Source of the DNA: Alphaproteobacteria bacterium | GTDB taxonomy: Bacteria; Pseudomonadota; Alphaproteobacteria; Bin95 | Direction of reading: 5' to 3' | DNA length: 64,000 nucleotides | Assembly: GCA_965205265.1 (NCBI GenBank) | Contig: CBDBGH010000003.1 | Location: 3,456,001-3,520,000, forward strand | In this document: one piece after another, positions 1-8,563 of the stretch | How the letters are laid out: each line of letters starts with the position of its first letter | Numbering within the stretch: position 1 is the first letter of the stretch | Position numbers and translations under genes: made by a program | Notes under the pieces: generated by a model | Database searches by the model: none | Seen by the model: the letters and a program-made list of their open reading frames with translations, nothing else | What the model was told of the DNA's origin: nothing

Positions 1-835
1 TCCCCATGTTCGCGAGCGCCCTCAGAAAGGCCCGCTGCTCGACGGTCAGGTCGCCCAGAACTCCGAACTCGTCCGGACCAATGCCGAGGATGTACTCGAC
101 TCGACGCTCGTTGACTTGCCACCGGCTGCCGGTGAACACTCCAGCCTTCGCAAGCCACAGCCGCATCATGCTCGGATGTTTGCCGCCCGACGGATAGTGG
201 ATGCCGCGGGCTGCAAGGCCCTCCCGAAGGGTGGTCAGGTTCACCTGTTCGCCCGCCGCGACCATGTCGCGAATACACTGGACCAGTGTCATTCCATGAA
301 GATGGAGGAGAATATGTCTGGCCAGTCGGTCGTGCAGAGCATCCTCGTCATTGCGCAGGTCGTTGAGTTCCTGACCGAACGGGGTCAGCGCCGCATCCCG
401 ATCGATGATCCCGTAGGCGATCATCCCGAGCTTCGTGTTATTGGCGAGCTTGGCGCGGTTGTAGGCGCTGGTCTTGTGCCCCTCAAACCAGGCTTTCCGA
501 ACGGCCTCCTCGAAGGCCCGCCAGTCCCCGCCATGGAGGGCCGCGAACTCCAGCACCTTCGGAAGCTCGATCTGCGAGGGCGAAAACTCGCTGCCGAAGG
601 GCAGGTCACTTTTTCTGCTCACCAATCCTGCCTTTCCTGGCTCGTCAGTGCGCTTCCCGGCTGCTTCCCGCGCGGCATGCCAAAGGAAAGGGCCGAATGC
701 GGAGACGGCCTTCCGGATGACCCACGCAGTGGACACATCGTTGGCTTCGGCAAGAGCGGCGATGCGCTCGTAATCAGATTTCTCGAAGCTGACGCTCAGT
801 CGGGCGGTCTGCTTGTTCTGCCTGGGCCGACCCAT
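1..835 (-). CDS. Partial ORF running off the window start: N-terminal ribbon-helix-helix (CopG-like) segment in frame with a putative restriction endonuclease (internal GTG start at 622)
   Basis: Hand translation, not in the ORF track because there is no stop: MGRPRQNKQTARLSVSFEKSDYERIAALAEANDVSTAWVIRKAV (RHH pattern) then, from 622, VSRKSDLPFGSEFSPSQIELPKVLEF...KLANNTKLGMIAYGII..., open to base 1. The endonuclease call is from recalled family resemblance only; no catalytic motif is inside the window. Confidence 0.55.
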   Translation of the reverse strand, partial: MGRPRQNKQTARLSVSFEKSDYERIAALAEANDVSTAWVIRKAVSAFGPFLWHAAREAAGKRTDEPGKAGLVSRKSDLPFGSEFSPSQIELPKVLEFAALHGGDWRAFEEAVRKAWFEGHKTSAYNRAKLANNTKLGMIAYGIIDRDAALTPFGQELNDLRNDEDALHDRLARHILLHLHGMTLVQCIRDMVAAGEQVNLTTLREGLAARGIHYPSGGKHPSMMRLWLAKAGVFTGSRWQVNERRVEYILGIGPDEFGVLGDLTVEQRAFLRALANMG

Positions 836-858
836 GGCATCGAACCCCTGTCTTCTGG

Positions 859-879
859 TCTGGTGTATTTTACACCAGA
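859..879. promoter_or_regulatory. Inverted-repeat operator candidate upstream of the RHH ORF
   Basis: TCTGGTGTA-TTT-TACACCAGA, perfect 9-bp arms, 24 bp upstream of the ATG at 835. Confidence 0.55.
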
Positions 880-953
880 TGAACGGAGGAACAATCCCCA
901 CGATGCTGGGGAACGATGCCTGCGTCTCGCCAAAGGTGGATATAGACAGCTAA

Positions 954-2584
954 CCCACTCTATTCGGCACGGGGCGATGAAGTAGCGGCGAACGTTGCCC
1001 AAGTCGTTGGATTCGGATAGAAGTTCGTTGTCCAGTGCACTTCTGCCGAGGCAACGAAAGCGCCACGCCCGCCATGACCGAAGATACCTTCCTCCCGTTC
1101 GATCTTCCAGCCGTAAGCCGCAAGAAGGTAACCGCCGATTTCGCGGGCGGTTTGATCTCGTCGGACGGGGGCCTGGTCCTGCCGCGCGCGGCGGAACATC
1201 GGCTCGGGCTGGCCGAGGCGCTGGTCGGCTGCATCCGGGAATGGCGCGACCCCGACCGGGTGGTTCACTCGCTGGCGGCGATGCTGATGTTTCGCATGTT
1301 CGCGATCGCCTGCGGCTACAAGGACGCCGACGCCCTTCGACAAGCTCAGGAGCGACGCGCTCAGGGCGGATCCGCTGTTCAAGCTGGCCGTCGGCCGGAC
1401 GCCGGAGAGCGGCCGCGATCTGTGTTTCCAGCCGACCATGAGCCGGCTGGAGAACGCGCCCTCGCGGATCGAGGTGGCGCGTCTGACGGCCGCCCTGGTG
1501 GACATCTTCTGCCGTTCTTTCCCGGCTCCGCCGGCAACGATCACGCTCGATATCGACGACACCTGCGACCGGATCCACGGCCATCAGCAGCTGTCGCTGT
1601 TCAACGCCCACTACGACACAAGGTGCTTCCTCCCAGTCCACGTCCATCAGTCGAGAGCGGCAGGCCGGTGGCGGTCCTCCTGCACCCCGGCAAGACGCCG
1701 TCGGACGTCGAGGTCCGCGCCCTGATCAAGCACTTGGTGCGGCGCATCCGCCGACACTGGCCGCGCACCCGGCTGACCTTCCGCGGCGACAGCCATTACG
1801 GCCGCCGCGAGGCGATGGGCTGGTGCGAGGCGAGCGGCGTCGACTACATCTTCGGCCTGGCCGGCAACGCCGTGCTGCACGGCCTCGCCTACGAGGTCGG
1901 AGACGATATCAAGGTGCGCGGCGCCGAGGCCGGGGCGGAGAGGATGCGCGGCTTCGCCAGTTTCGATTATGCCGCGGCATCGTGGAGCCGCCAGCGCCGC
2001 GTCGTCGCCCGGCTGGAAGCCACGACGCGCGGCTTCGACGCGCGCTACATCGTCACCTCGCTCACCGGCGAGCCCCGCTATCTCCATGAAGGAGTCCATT
2101 GCGCGGAGGGGACACGCGGAAAACCTGATCAAGCGGCATCGCGCCCAGCTCGCTTCCGACCGCACCTCCTGCCAGAGCCCGCTCGCCAACCAGTTCCGCC
2201 TAGTGCTGCACACCGCGGCCTGCTGGCTGATGCTTGCGCTCCGCGACGCGGTGCCGCGCCGAATGCCGCTCGCCTGGACCGAGTTCACGACCCTCCGGCA
2301 GAGCCTACTCAAGATCGGCGCCCGGGTGGTCGAGAAGGCCGCCCGTGTCCGCATCCACTTCGCCTCGGCCTGTCCCAACGCCGCCCTGTTCCGCCTGCTC
2401 GTGGGCCGGCTCGCGACCTCGGGCCCCTGATCCCCGGGGCGGTGTGCCCCGCGAACCCGAGACCCTTGAACCCCCAACCCAGACACCGACAATCTCAGAT
2501 CCCGGCACCCCACAAGGCGCCGATCGGTAGACCCTGCGCGCTCCCAATTAACCGATAAAAGCGCCGTCTCGCGAATAAGTACGG
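954..2584 (+). mobile_element. IS1380-family insertion sequence
   Basis: CC...GG ends with imperfect IR (cccactctattcg / cgaataagtacgg); 4-bp target duplication CTAA at 950-953 and 2585-2588; IS1380-type transposase inside. Confidence 0.85.
1074..2430 (+). pseudogene. IS1380-family transposase, frameshifted (about 1340, 1650, 2105)
   Basis: MTEDTFLPFDLPAVSRKKVTADFAGGLISSDGG..., TLDIDDT, RGDSHY and ENLIK...SDRTSC...ANQFRL motifs are spread over different frames. Confidence 0.85.
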
Positions 2585-2621
2585 CTAAAGAGATATCCCG
2601 TCGAAGACCCTCATCTGGATT

Positions 2622-4280
2622 GGGTGCAAGTCCCGTATGGCGATTGTAACAGGTTGATTTATTGAGATTTTGCGTTGGTTTCCGATGGCCTTTTGGGCTG
2701 ATCGGTGACAATCGGGGTTTCGGGGTCGGGATCTTGTCACGGCCGCTCGGTTGCGGGGCCGGAAGCGGGACCGCTCCGCCCGCCAGAGGCGGGTAGGATG
2801 TTGTTCTGAACCAACCACAACCACGGGAGCGGCCCCATGGCAGTTTCGCAGTCTGCATCCTGCTCGTCCATCGATCTTGCCGGCTTGCCGGCCCGGATAG
2901 TGGAGGCGCTGTCGGGGCTGGTTGCGGTCTGTCGCGAGCCGCTTGCTTCGCCGCCCTGCGCGGCCGCATTCGAGGAGGTGGAGCTGCGCGTTCGGGAGAG
3001 CGTGAACGCGCTGGGCTGCGCGGTTCTGGGGGCCTGGGTGGAGGGTCTGGACGACGGGGCGTTGCGGGTCGAGCGGGCCGGGCAGTGCTGGTTCCGGGTG
3101 CCGGCCACGGCGAAGACGATCATGAGCACGCTCGGCCCGGTGACCTGCAGCCGGGCGCGCTATCGCCACGGCGCTGAGCGGGCATCGCTCGTGCCGGTGG
3201 ACGAGAGCCTGGGGCTGGTGAACGACTGCCTGACGCGCCCGGCCGCGCGGCTCGGACTGCTGATGATGGGCCACTGCACGGCGCGGGAAGCCGAAGCGTT
3301 CTTCTCGGAGATGGGCGCCATGGCGCCGTCCGCGAGCACGCTGCAACGGCTCGCCCGGACCATGCATGAGCGCTGGGAGGGCTTCGGGCCGCAGGCGATG
3401 GACGCTATCCGGGTCGCAGACGACATCCCGCCCGAGGCGGCCAGCGCCTCCGTCTCGCTTGACGGCGTCATGGTGGCGCTGCGCGCCGACGAGGACGGGC
3501 GCGCCGAAGCCTGCTGGCGCGAGGCCGCTTGCGGCACGGTCTCCTTCCACGACCGGGAAGGAGAGCGGCTCCGGACCCTCTACTTCGCCCGCATGCCCGA
3601 GAGCGGCAAGACCACGCTGAAAGCCCAACTCGCAAGCGAGGTCGCGCATATCCGGCGGGCCCGCCCCGATATCGCCATCGTTGCGCTTGCCGATGCAGCC
3701 CCCGACAACCGGACCTTCCTGGAAAGCCTCTCGCCCGAGGCCGAGGCCGTCGACTTCTGGCACGCCTGCGAGCACCTCCGCACGGCCTCCGACCATGCCG
3801 TCGATCCCCGCTGGTTCGAGACTTACCGCCATATCCTGCGCCATGACCCGCGCGGCAGCGCCAAGGTGATCCGGGCGCTGCGCTATCTGCGCGACAAGGC
3901 AGGCAGGAACCGCGCCGCGCGCAACGCCGTCGAGCGCGAACTCGCCTTCTTCCGCAAGCACCGCAGGCGCATGCGATACCGCGACCTCAGCGACCGGTGC
4001 CTCGCCATCGGCTCCGGCGTGGTCGAGGCCGCCAACAAAACGCTCGTCACTCAGAGAATGAAGCGCTCCGGCATGCGATGGCGTATCCAAGGCGGGCAGG
4101 CCGTCCTCACCGTACGCGCCCTCATCAAATCCGGGCGCTTCGACCGTGCCTGGAACGCCATCATGGGCGATGACCATACCCCGGCTAACGACAACATCCG
4201 CACCGGCAAACAACCCAGGCTCGCCACGTGAAACACGAACCTCAGCCCAGCCGCATCATCGCCATACGAGATTCACGCCC
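2622..4280 (+). mobile_element. ISKra4-like insertion sequence
   Basis: IRs GGGTGCAAGTCCCGTATGGCGAT / ATCGCCATACGAGATTCACGCCC; 8-bp target duplication TCTGGATT at 2614-2621 and 4281-4288. Confidence 0.85.
2837..4231 (+). CDS. DDE transposase, ISKra4/ISLre2 (UPF0236-like, p-MULT) type
   Basis: Motifs SLDGVMV, ADAAPDN, DFWHACEHL, IGSGVVEAANK...RMKRSGMRW. Confidence 0.85.
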   Translation: MAVSQSASCSSIDLAGLPARIVEALSGLVAVCREPLASPPCAAAFEEVELRVRESVNALGCAVLGAWVEGLDDGALRVERAGQCWFRVPATAKTIMSTLGPVTCSRARYRHGAERASLVPVDESLGLVNDCLTRPAARLGLLMMGHCTAREAEAFFSEMGAMAPSASTLQRLARTMHERWEGFGPQAMDAIRVADDIPPEAASASVSLDGVMVALRADEDGRAEACWREAACGTVSFHDREGERLRTLYFARMPESGKTTLKAQLASEVAHIRRARPDIAIVALADAAPDNRTFLESLSPEAEAVDFWHACEHLRTASDHAVDPRWFETYRHILRHDPRGSAKVIRALRYLRDKAGRNRAARNAVERELAFFRKHRRRMRYRDLSDRCLAIGSGVVEAANKTLVTQRMKRSGMRWRIQGGQAVLTVRALIKSGRFDRAWNAIMGDDHTPANDNIRTGKQPRLAT

Positions 4281-4374
4281 TCTGGATTGCGGTGGCAGCT
4301 TGCTTGGCCATAACGCAGGAGCAGGCTCACAACCATTCCTGTTTGGGGATTATATACGATAGTGCCGAAACCCC

Positions 4375-4542
4375 TCAATCCGGCTTCCGCTTCCAGTCCA
4401 CGTCAACGGTCCTGACAACGGCCTTCGCCAAATCCTCCGGCGTCCCTTCCGGGAACTCGACTTCTTCCTCCTTCTCGGCCTTGGACGGCTGGTAGGTGGA
4501 GCGGACAAGGGAGACGCGGGGAGCGGGTTTGCGGGTGGTCAT
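4375..4542 (-). CDS. Small hypothetical protein (55 aa)
   Basis: Hand translation MTTRKPAPRVSLVRSTYQPSKAEKEEEVEFPEGTPEDLAKAVVRTVDVDWKRKPD; below the ORF-track cutoff, plausible composition. Confidence 0.5.
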   Translation of the reverse strand: MTTRKPAPRVSLVRSTYQPSKAEKEEEVEFPEGTPEDLAKAVVRTVDVDWKRKPD

Positions 4543-5024
4543 GGTTCAATCCAGTTTGGGTGTCGCGCGAATAACACCCGGCAGTTCTTCGATGGGCCGC
4601 ATATCCTTCAGGTGCTTGGTGATCTTGGTCATGACTGACTGGCCTTCGGCCATACGCACAAGCCGACCGGCTTGTTCCTCGGCAACCTCACCTTTCCGCC
4701 ACATGTTGAAGACGATCTTGTCCGGGCAGATACCGACACACAGCAGTCGGGATGCGCGCAGATCGCGGTGGTGCAAGCCCGCACATAAACCCCACAAGCC
4801 GAGCATCGCGATCACGGTCCATTAGCGTTTTCGACCGCACTCAGGAACGCAGATGCTCGAACCTCGTCCCCATCGCGAGGATCCGATGTTGGTGGTCATC
4901 GATTCGGAAGTCCGCCGGTAAGCCCTGCGCCTCCGGGAGGAGGGGATAGCGTTCGGTCGGTCGAAGGACGGGGGCCGGAGGGTGCCGGACCTTCACCGTC
5001 TTCCCGCCATGCCGGAGGCTGCCG

Positions 5025-6050
5025 ATGACCGAACCCGGGACGATTTCCGCCGACTACACGCTGCGCCCGAGTGAGCTTGTGGCGACGCTGGCGCTGCTGG
5101 TCGAGGCCCGCCAGCCCTGCATCGTCTGGGGCCCGCCCGGGGCGGCCAAGAGCGCCATCGCGCGGCAGGTCGCGGCCGAGGCCGGACGCGCCTATGTCGA
5201 CATCCGTGCGCTGCTGCTCGATCCCGTGGACCTGCGCGGCATCCCCTGGCGCGACACTGACGGCCGCACCCGCTGGGCGCCGCCGGCCTTCCTGCCACCG
5301 GCGGACGATCCCGGCCGCTGGCTCATCAACCTGGAAGAACTGCCCTCGGCCGTGCCGCTGGTGCAGGCCGCCCTCTACCAGCTGGTCCTCGACCGGCGGG
5401 TCGGGGAGTACGAACTGCCCGAGGGCGCCTCGCTGATCGCCTGCGGCAACCGCGAGGGCGACAGGGGCGTGGTCCACCGCATGCCGACGCCGCTGGCCTC
5501 GCGCTTCGTCCACCTGGAGGTCGCGGTCGACGCCGACGACTGGCTCGCCTGGGGCGCCGCCAACGGCATCGCCCCTGAGGTGCTGTTCTGGATCCGCATG
5601 CGCCCGGACCTGCTGCACGCCTTCGATCCGCAGGCGAAGGAGAAGGCGTTTCCCTGTCCCCGCACCTGGGAGATGGCCTCCGGCATCGTCAACCGGCGCG
5701 TCGGCCTCGATGCGGGCGTCGAGCGCGCCCTGTTCCGGGGCACGGTCGGCGAGGCGGCGGCGGTGGAGTTCTCGGCCTTCCTCAAGGTGTGGAGGGAACT
5801 GCCCCATCCCAAGGCGGTGCTCGACGATCCCGCGGGCGCCCCGGTGCCGGAGAACGCCAGCGCCCTGATCGCGCTCTGCGGCGCGCTCTACCGCATGGCC
5901 GACGACATCACGCTCGACGCCATCGTCACCTATGCCGGACGGCTGCGGCGCGAGGTCGGCGAGTTCCTGGTCGGCTCCTGCGTCCGCCGCGACCCGGACC
6001 TCCAGCGCACGCCCGCCTTCATCCGCTGGGCGGCGGCGCGCACGCCATGA
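5025..6050 (+). CDS. MoxR-like AAA+ ATPase (AAA_5 type)
   Basis: Walker A variant GPPGAAKS, PVDLRGIP, Walker B variant INLEE, GNRxxD, PLASRF, PCPRTW; GGAGG RBS. Confidence 0.85.
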   Translation: MTEPGTISADYTLRPSELVATLALLVEARQPCIVWGPPGAAKSAIARQVAAEAGRAYVDIRALLLDPVDLRGIPWRDTDGRTRWAPPAFLPPADDPGRWLINLEELPSAVPLVQAALYQLVLDRRVGEYELPEGASLIACGNREGDRGVVHRMPTPLASRFVHLEVAVDADDWLAWGAANGIAPEVLFWIRMRPDLLHAFDPQAKEKAFPCPRTWEMASGIVNRRVGLDAGVERALFRGTVGEAAAVEFSAFLKVWRELPHPKAVLDDPAGAPVPENASALIALCGALYRMADDITLDAIVTYAGRLRREVGEFLVGSCVRRDPDLQRTPAFIRWAAARTP

Positions 6051-6208
6051 CGAAGGACCCGAAGGCCGCACCGGCGGTCTGGAGGATTCTCCATGATCCC
6101 GCAGGAGACGCGCCCTCGCGCGCCTACGCCGTGCGCGCTCCCGACCGCGAAACGGCAAGACGCAGGCCCGCCGCCGCCCTGAACGTGCCGGTGTGGACCC
6201 TGCGATAG
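6047..6208 (+). CDS. Small hypothetical protein (53 aa)
   Basis: ATGA overlap with the AAA stop codon; MTKDPKAAPAVWRILHD... Confidence 0.35.
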   Translation: MTKDPKAAPAVWRILHDPAGDAPSRAYAVRAPDRETARRRPAAALNVPVWTLR

Positions 6209-6252
6209 CCCTCACGGTCCCGCCGGACACCCCTCACACAGGAGTTGCCGCC

Positions 6253-7152
6253 ATGAATCTCACCCACGACGCCATGCTGGTCGGCTTGCGCATCGCCGCC
6301 TGGTCGGGCCGGCTCCACGACCGGCAGGCCTCGACCCATGTCGCGGTCCATCACGAGGCCAGCGCCGCCGCCGGGCGCTACAACAAGCGCCTGCTGCCCA
6401 GGACCGCCTTCGCCGCGCTCAACGCGACCGTCAGCGCGGCGCGCGGCGCCCACTACGCCAACACCCTCCCCTGGGACGACCAGGGGAGCCGCCTGCTCAC
6501 CGTCGCCAACCACGAGCGCTACACCGGACTGATGGAGGGCCTGCGGGAGCGTCTGGTGCGCGAGCGCGCCCGCTTCATCGAGGACTACGACGACAACATC
6601 GACAGGGCCCGGCTGGAACTCGGCCGGCTGTTCCGCATCGCGGACTATCCCGCGAAGGAGGATCTGCACGGCAGGTTCGGCCTGCGCTGGCGCATCGTCC
6701 CGGTGCCCGACGCCGACCACTTCATGGCGAAGCTGGCTTCCGCCGACACCGAGCGGGTGAAGCGCGACATCGAGAGCCAGATCGAGGAGCGCCTCCACGA
6801 CGCGGTGGGCGACCTCTACCGGCGCCTGGGCGAAGCGGTGGAGCGGGTCTCCGAACGCCTTCGGGAAGACGGCGACGGCAAGCCGCTGGTGTTCCGGGAT
6901 TCGATGATCGGCAACATCCGCGAACTGGTCGAGGTCGTGCCGCGGCTCAACATTTTCGGCGACGACGAGCTTGCGCGTCTCTGCGGGCAGGTCAAGGAGA
7001 AGATCGCCAGCGTCGAACCGGACGCACTCAGGCCGTCGAAAAGCTTCGACCCGGCGGCGCGGGCCCGCGTCAAGCGCGAGGCCGATGCGCTGGCGGAGGC
7101 GTTCGCGGGGTATTTCGGGACGCGGGCCGAGCCGGTGCGGGAGGCGGCGTGA
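6253..7152 (+). CDS. Helical hypothetical protein, DUF3150-like partner of AAA/vWA modules
   Basis: GGAG RBS; MNLTHDAMLVGLRIAAWSG...NKRLL...TLPWDDQGSRLL...DYP; lies between the AAA and vWA genes. Confidence 0.7.
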   Translation: MNLTHDAMLVGLRIAAWSGRLHDRQASTHVAVHHEASAAAGRYNKRLLPRTAFAALNATVSAARGAHYANTLPWDDQGSRLLTVANHERYTGLMEGLRERLVRERARFIEDYDDNIDRARLELGRLFRIADYPAKEDLHGRFGLRWRIVPVPDADHFMAKLASADTERVKRDIESQIEERLHDAVGDLYRRLGEAVERVSERLREDGDGKPLVFRDSMIGNIRELVEVVPRLNIFGDDELARLCGQVKEKIASVEPDALRPSKSFDPAARARVKREADALAEAFAGYFGTRAEPVREAA

Positions 7153-8432
7153 TGGCGCACCGGGAATCGGCCGAGCGGGTGAGCCGCTGCGTCACGGCGC
7201 TGCTGCGCCGGCAACCCTTCTTCGGCGCGCTCGCGCTTCGCCTGCCGGTGCGGGCCGATGCCGGCCGCGAGACCCTGGCGAGCGACGGGCGCGAGATCCG
7301 CTATTCCCCGGCCTGGATCGCGGAGACCGACGCCCACCTGATCGAGACCGCGATCGCCCGGGTGGTGCTCGCCTGCGCGCTCAAGCACCACACGCGGCGC
7401 GGCGCGCGCGGCCCGGAACGCTGGCAGCGCGCCTCGCAGCTGGTCACCCACGGGCTGCTGAAGGAGGCCGGGTTCGTCCTGCCGCCGGACGCCGAGGCCT
7501 GGGACGGCATCAGCGTCGAGCAGGCCTATGACCGCCTGCCGGAGCCCGACGGCGATGACGCCGCGCCGTCCGGTTCGGACGGGTCGGGCAACGGAAACGG
7601 TGCGTCCGGCTCCCCGTCCGGCAGCGATGGCGGTGACGCCGACGACCCGTCCGGCCGGGGCGAACCCGGACAGGATGGCGCCGGGCCGCCGAGTTGCGAT
7701 CCCGCCCGCACCGGCGAGGTCATGGATGCGCCGTCCGGCATCGGTTCCGGCGAAGACTCCTCTGGCCCGCCGCCGGGCGCTCTCGCCGCCGAGGAGCAGG
7801 CGTGGGACGAAGCGATGCACCAGGCCGCCAGCCTCGCGAAGGCCGAAGGCCGGATGCCCGGCGCCGTCGCGGAGACGGTGAGGGGCGCCCATGTCTCGGC
7901 GCTGGACTGGCGCGCGCTGCTGCGCCGCTTCATGACCGGGGCGGCGAAGAGCGACTATTCCTGGAGCGTCTCCAACCGGCGCTTCATCGACTCCGGCCTC
8001 TACCTGCCCTCGCTTCGTTCCGAGGGCATGGACGCCATCGCCGTCATCGTCGACACCTCGGGCTCGGTCGACACGGCGACCCTGGCTGCCTTCTGGTCGG
8101 AGGTGCGCGAGGCGGCGATGGAGACCGATCCCGCGCGCGTCATCGTGCTCCAGGTCGACACCGCGGTGCGCGACGCCGCCGAGTACCCGCCCGACGGCCT
8201 GCCCGAGGAGATCGTCGTCAGGGGCCGGGGCGGCACCGACTTCCGGCCCGGCTTCGCCTGGCTGGAGGAGCATGACGTGAGGCCCGCGGTCTGTCTCTAC
8301 TTCACCGATCTGGATTGCAGCCGCTACCCCGAGGCCGAACCCGGCTACCCGGTGCTGTGGTGCGACTGGCAGTCCGGCGCCGGACCCTTCCGGCCCCCGC
8401 CGCCCTGGGGCGAGCGCATCGACATCGCCTGA
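7149..8432 (+). CDS. DUF2201-type metallopeptidase-like domain plus vWA domain protein
   Basis: PFFGALAL, acidic Gly/Ser linker, MIDAS motif DTSGS, GRGGTDFRP, YFTD; overlaps the upstream stop codon. Confidence 0.85.
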   Translation: MMAHRESAERVSRCVTALLRRQPFFGALALRLPVRADAGRETLASDGREIRYSPAWIAETDAHLIETAIARVVLACALKHHTRRGARGPERWQRASQLVTHGLLKEAGFVLPPDAEAWDGISVEQAYDRLPEPDGDDAAPSGSDGSGNGNGASGSPSGSDGGDADDPSGRGEPGQDGAGPPSCDPARTGEVMDAPSGIGSGEDSSGPPPGALAAEEQAWDEAMHQAASLAKAEGRMPGAVAETVRGAHVSALDWRALLRRFMTGAAKSDYSWSVSNRRFIDSGLYLPSLRSEGMDAIAVIVDTSGSVDTATLAAFWSEVREAAMETDPARVIVLQVDTAVRDAAEYPPDGLPEEIVVRGRGGTDFRPGFAWLEEHDVRPAVCLYFTDLDCSRYPEAEPGYPVLWCDWQSGAGPFRPPPPWGERIDIA

Positions 8433-8563
8433 GCTTCGGCCCCCCGGCCCGCGCCGCCGGGAGAGGAGCCGGGCGGCGGTCCGGGGCGAAGCGGCCGGGC
8501 CGGCGGGAGCCGGTCCCCGACGCCGCTTTCTCCCCTTCTCCATACACCATCCAGGAGGTTTGC

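Noticed and set aside
116-985. 289-aa plus-strand ORF
   Set aside because: It is the antisense shadow of the minus-strand RHH/endonuclease ORF and crosses the IS1380 boundary.
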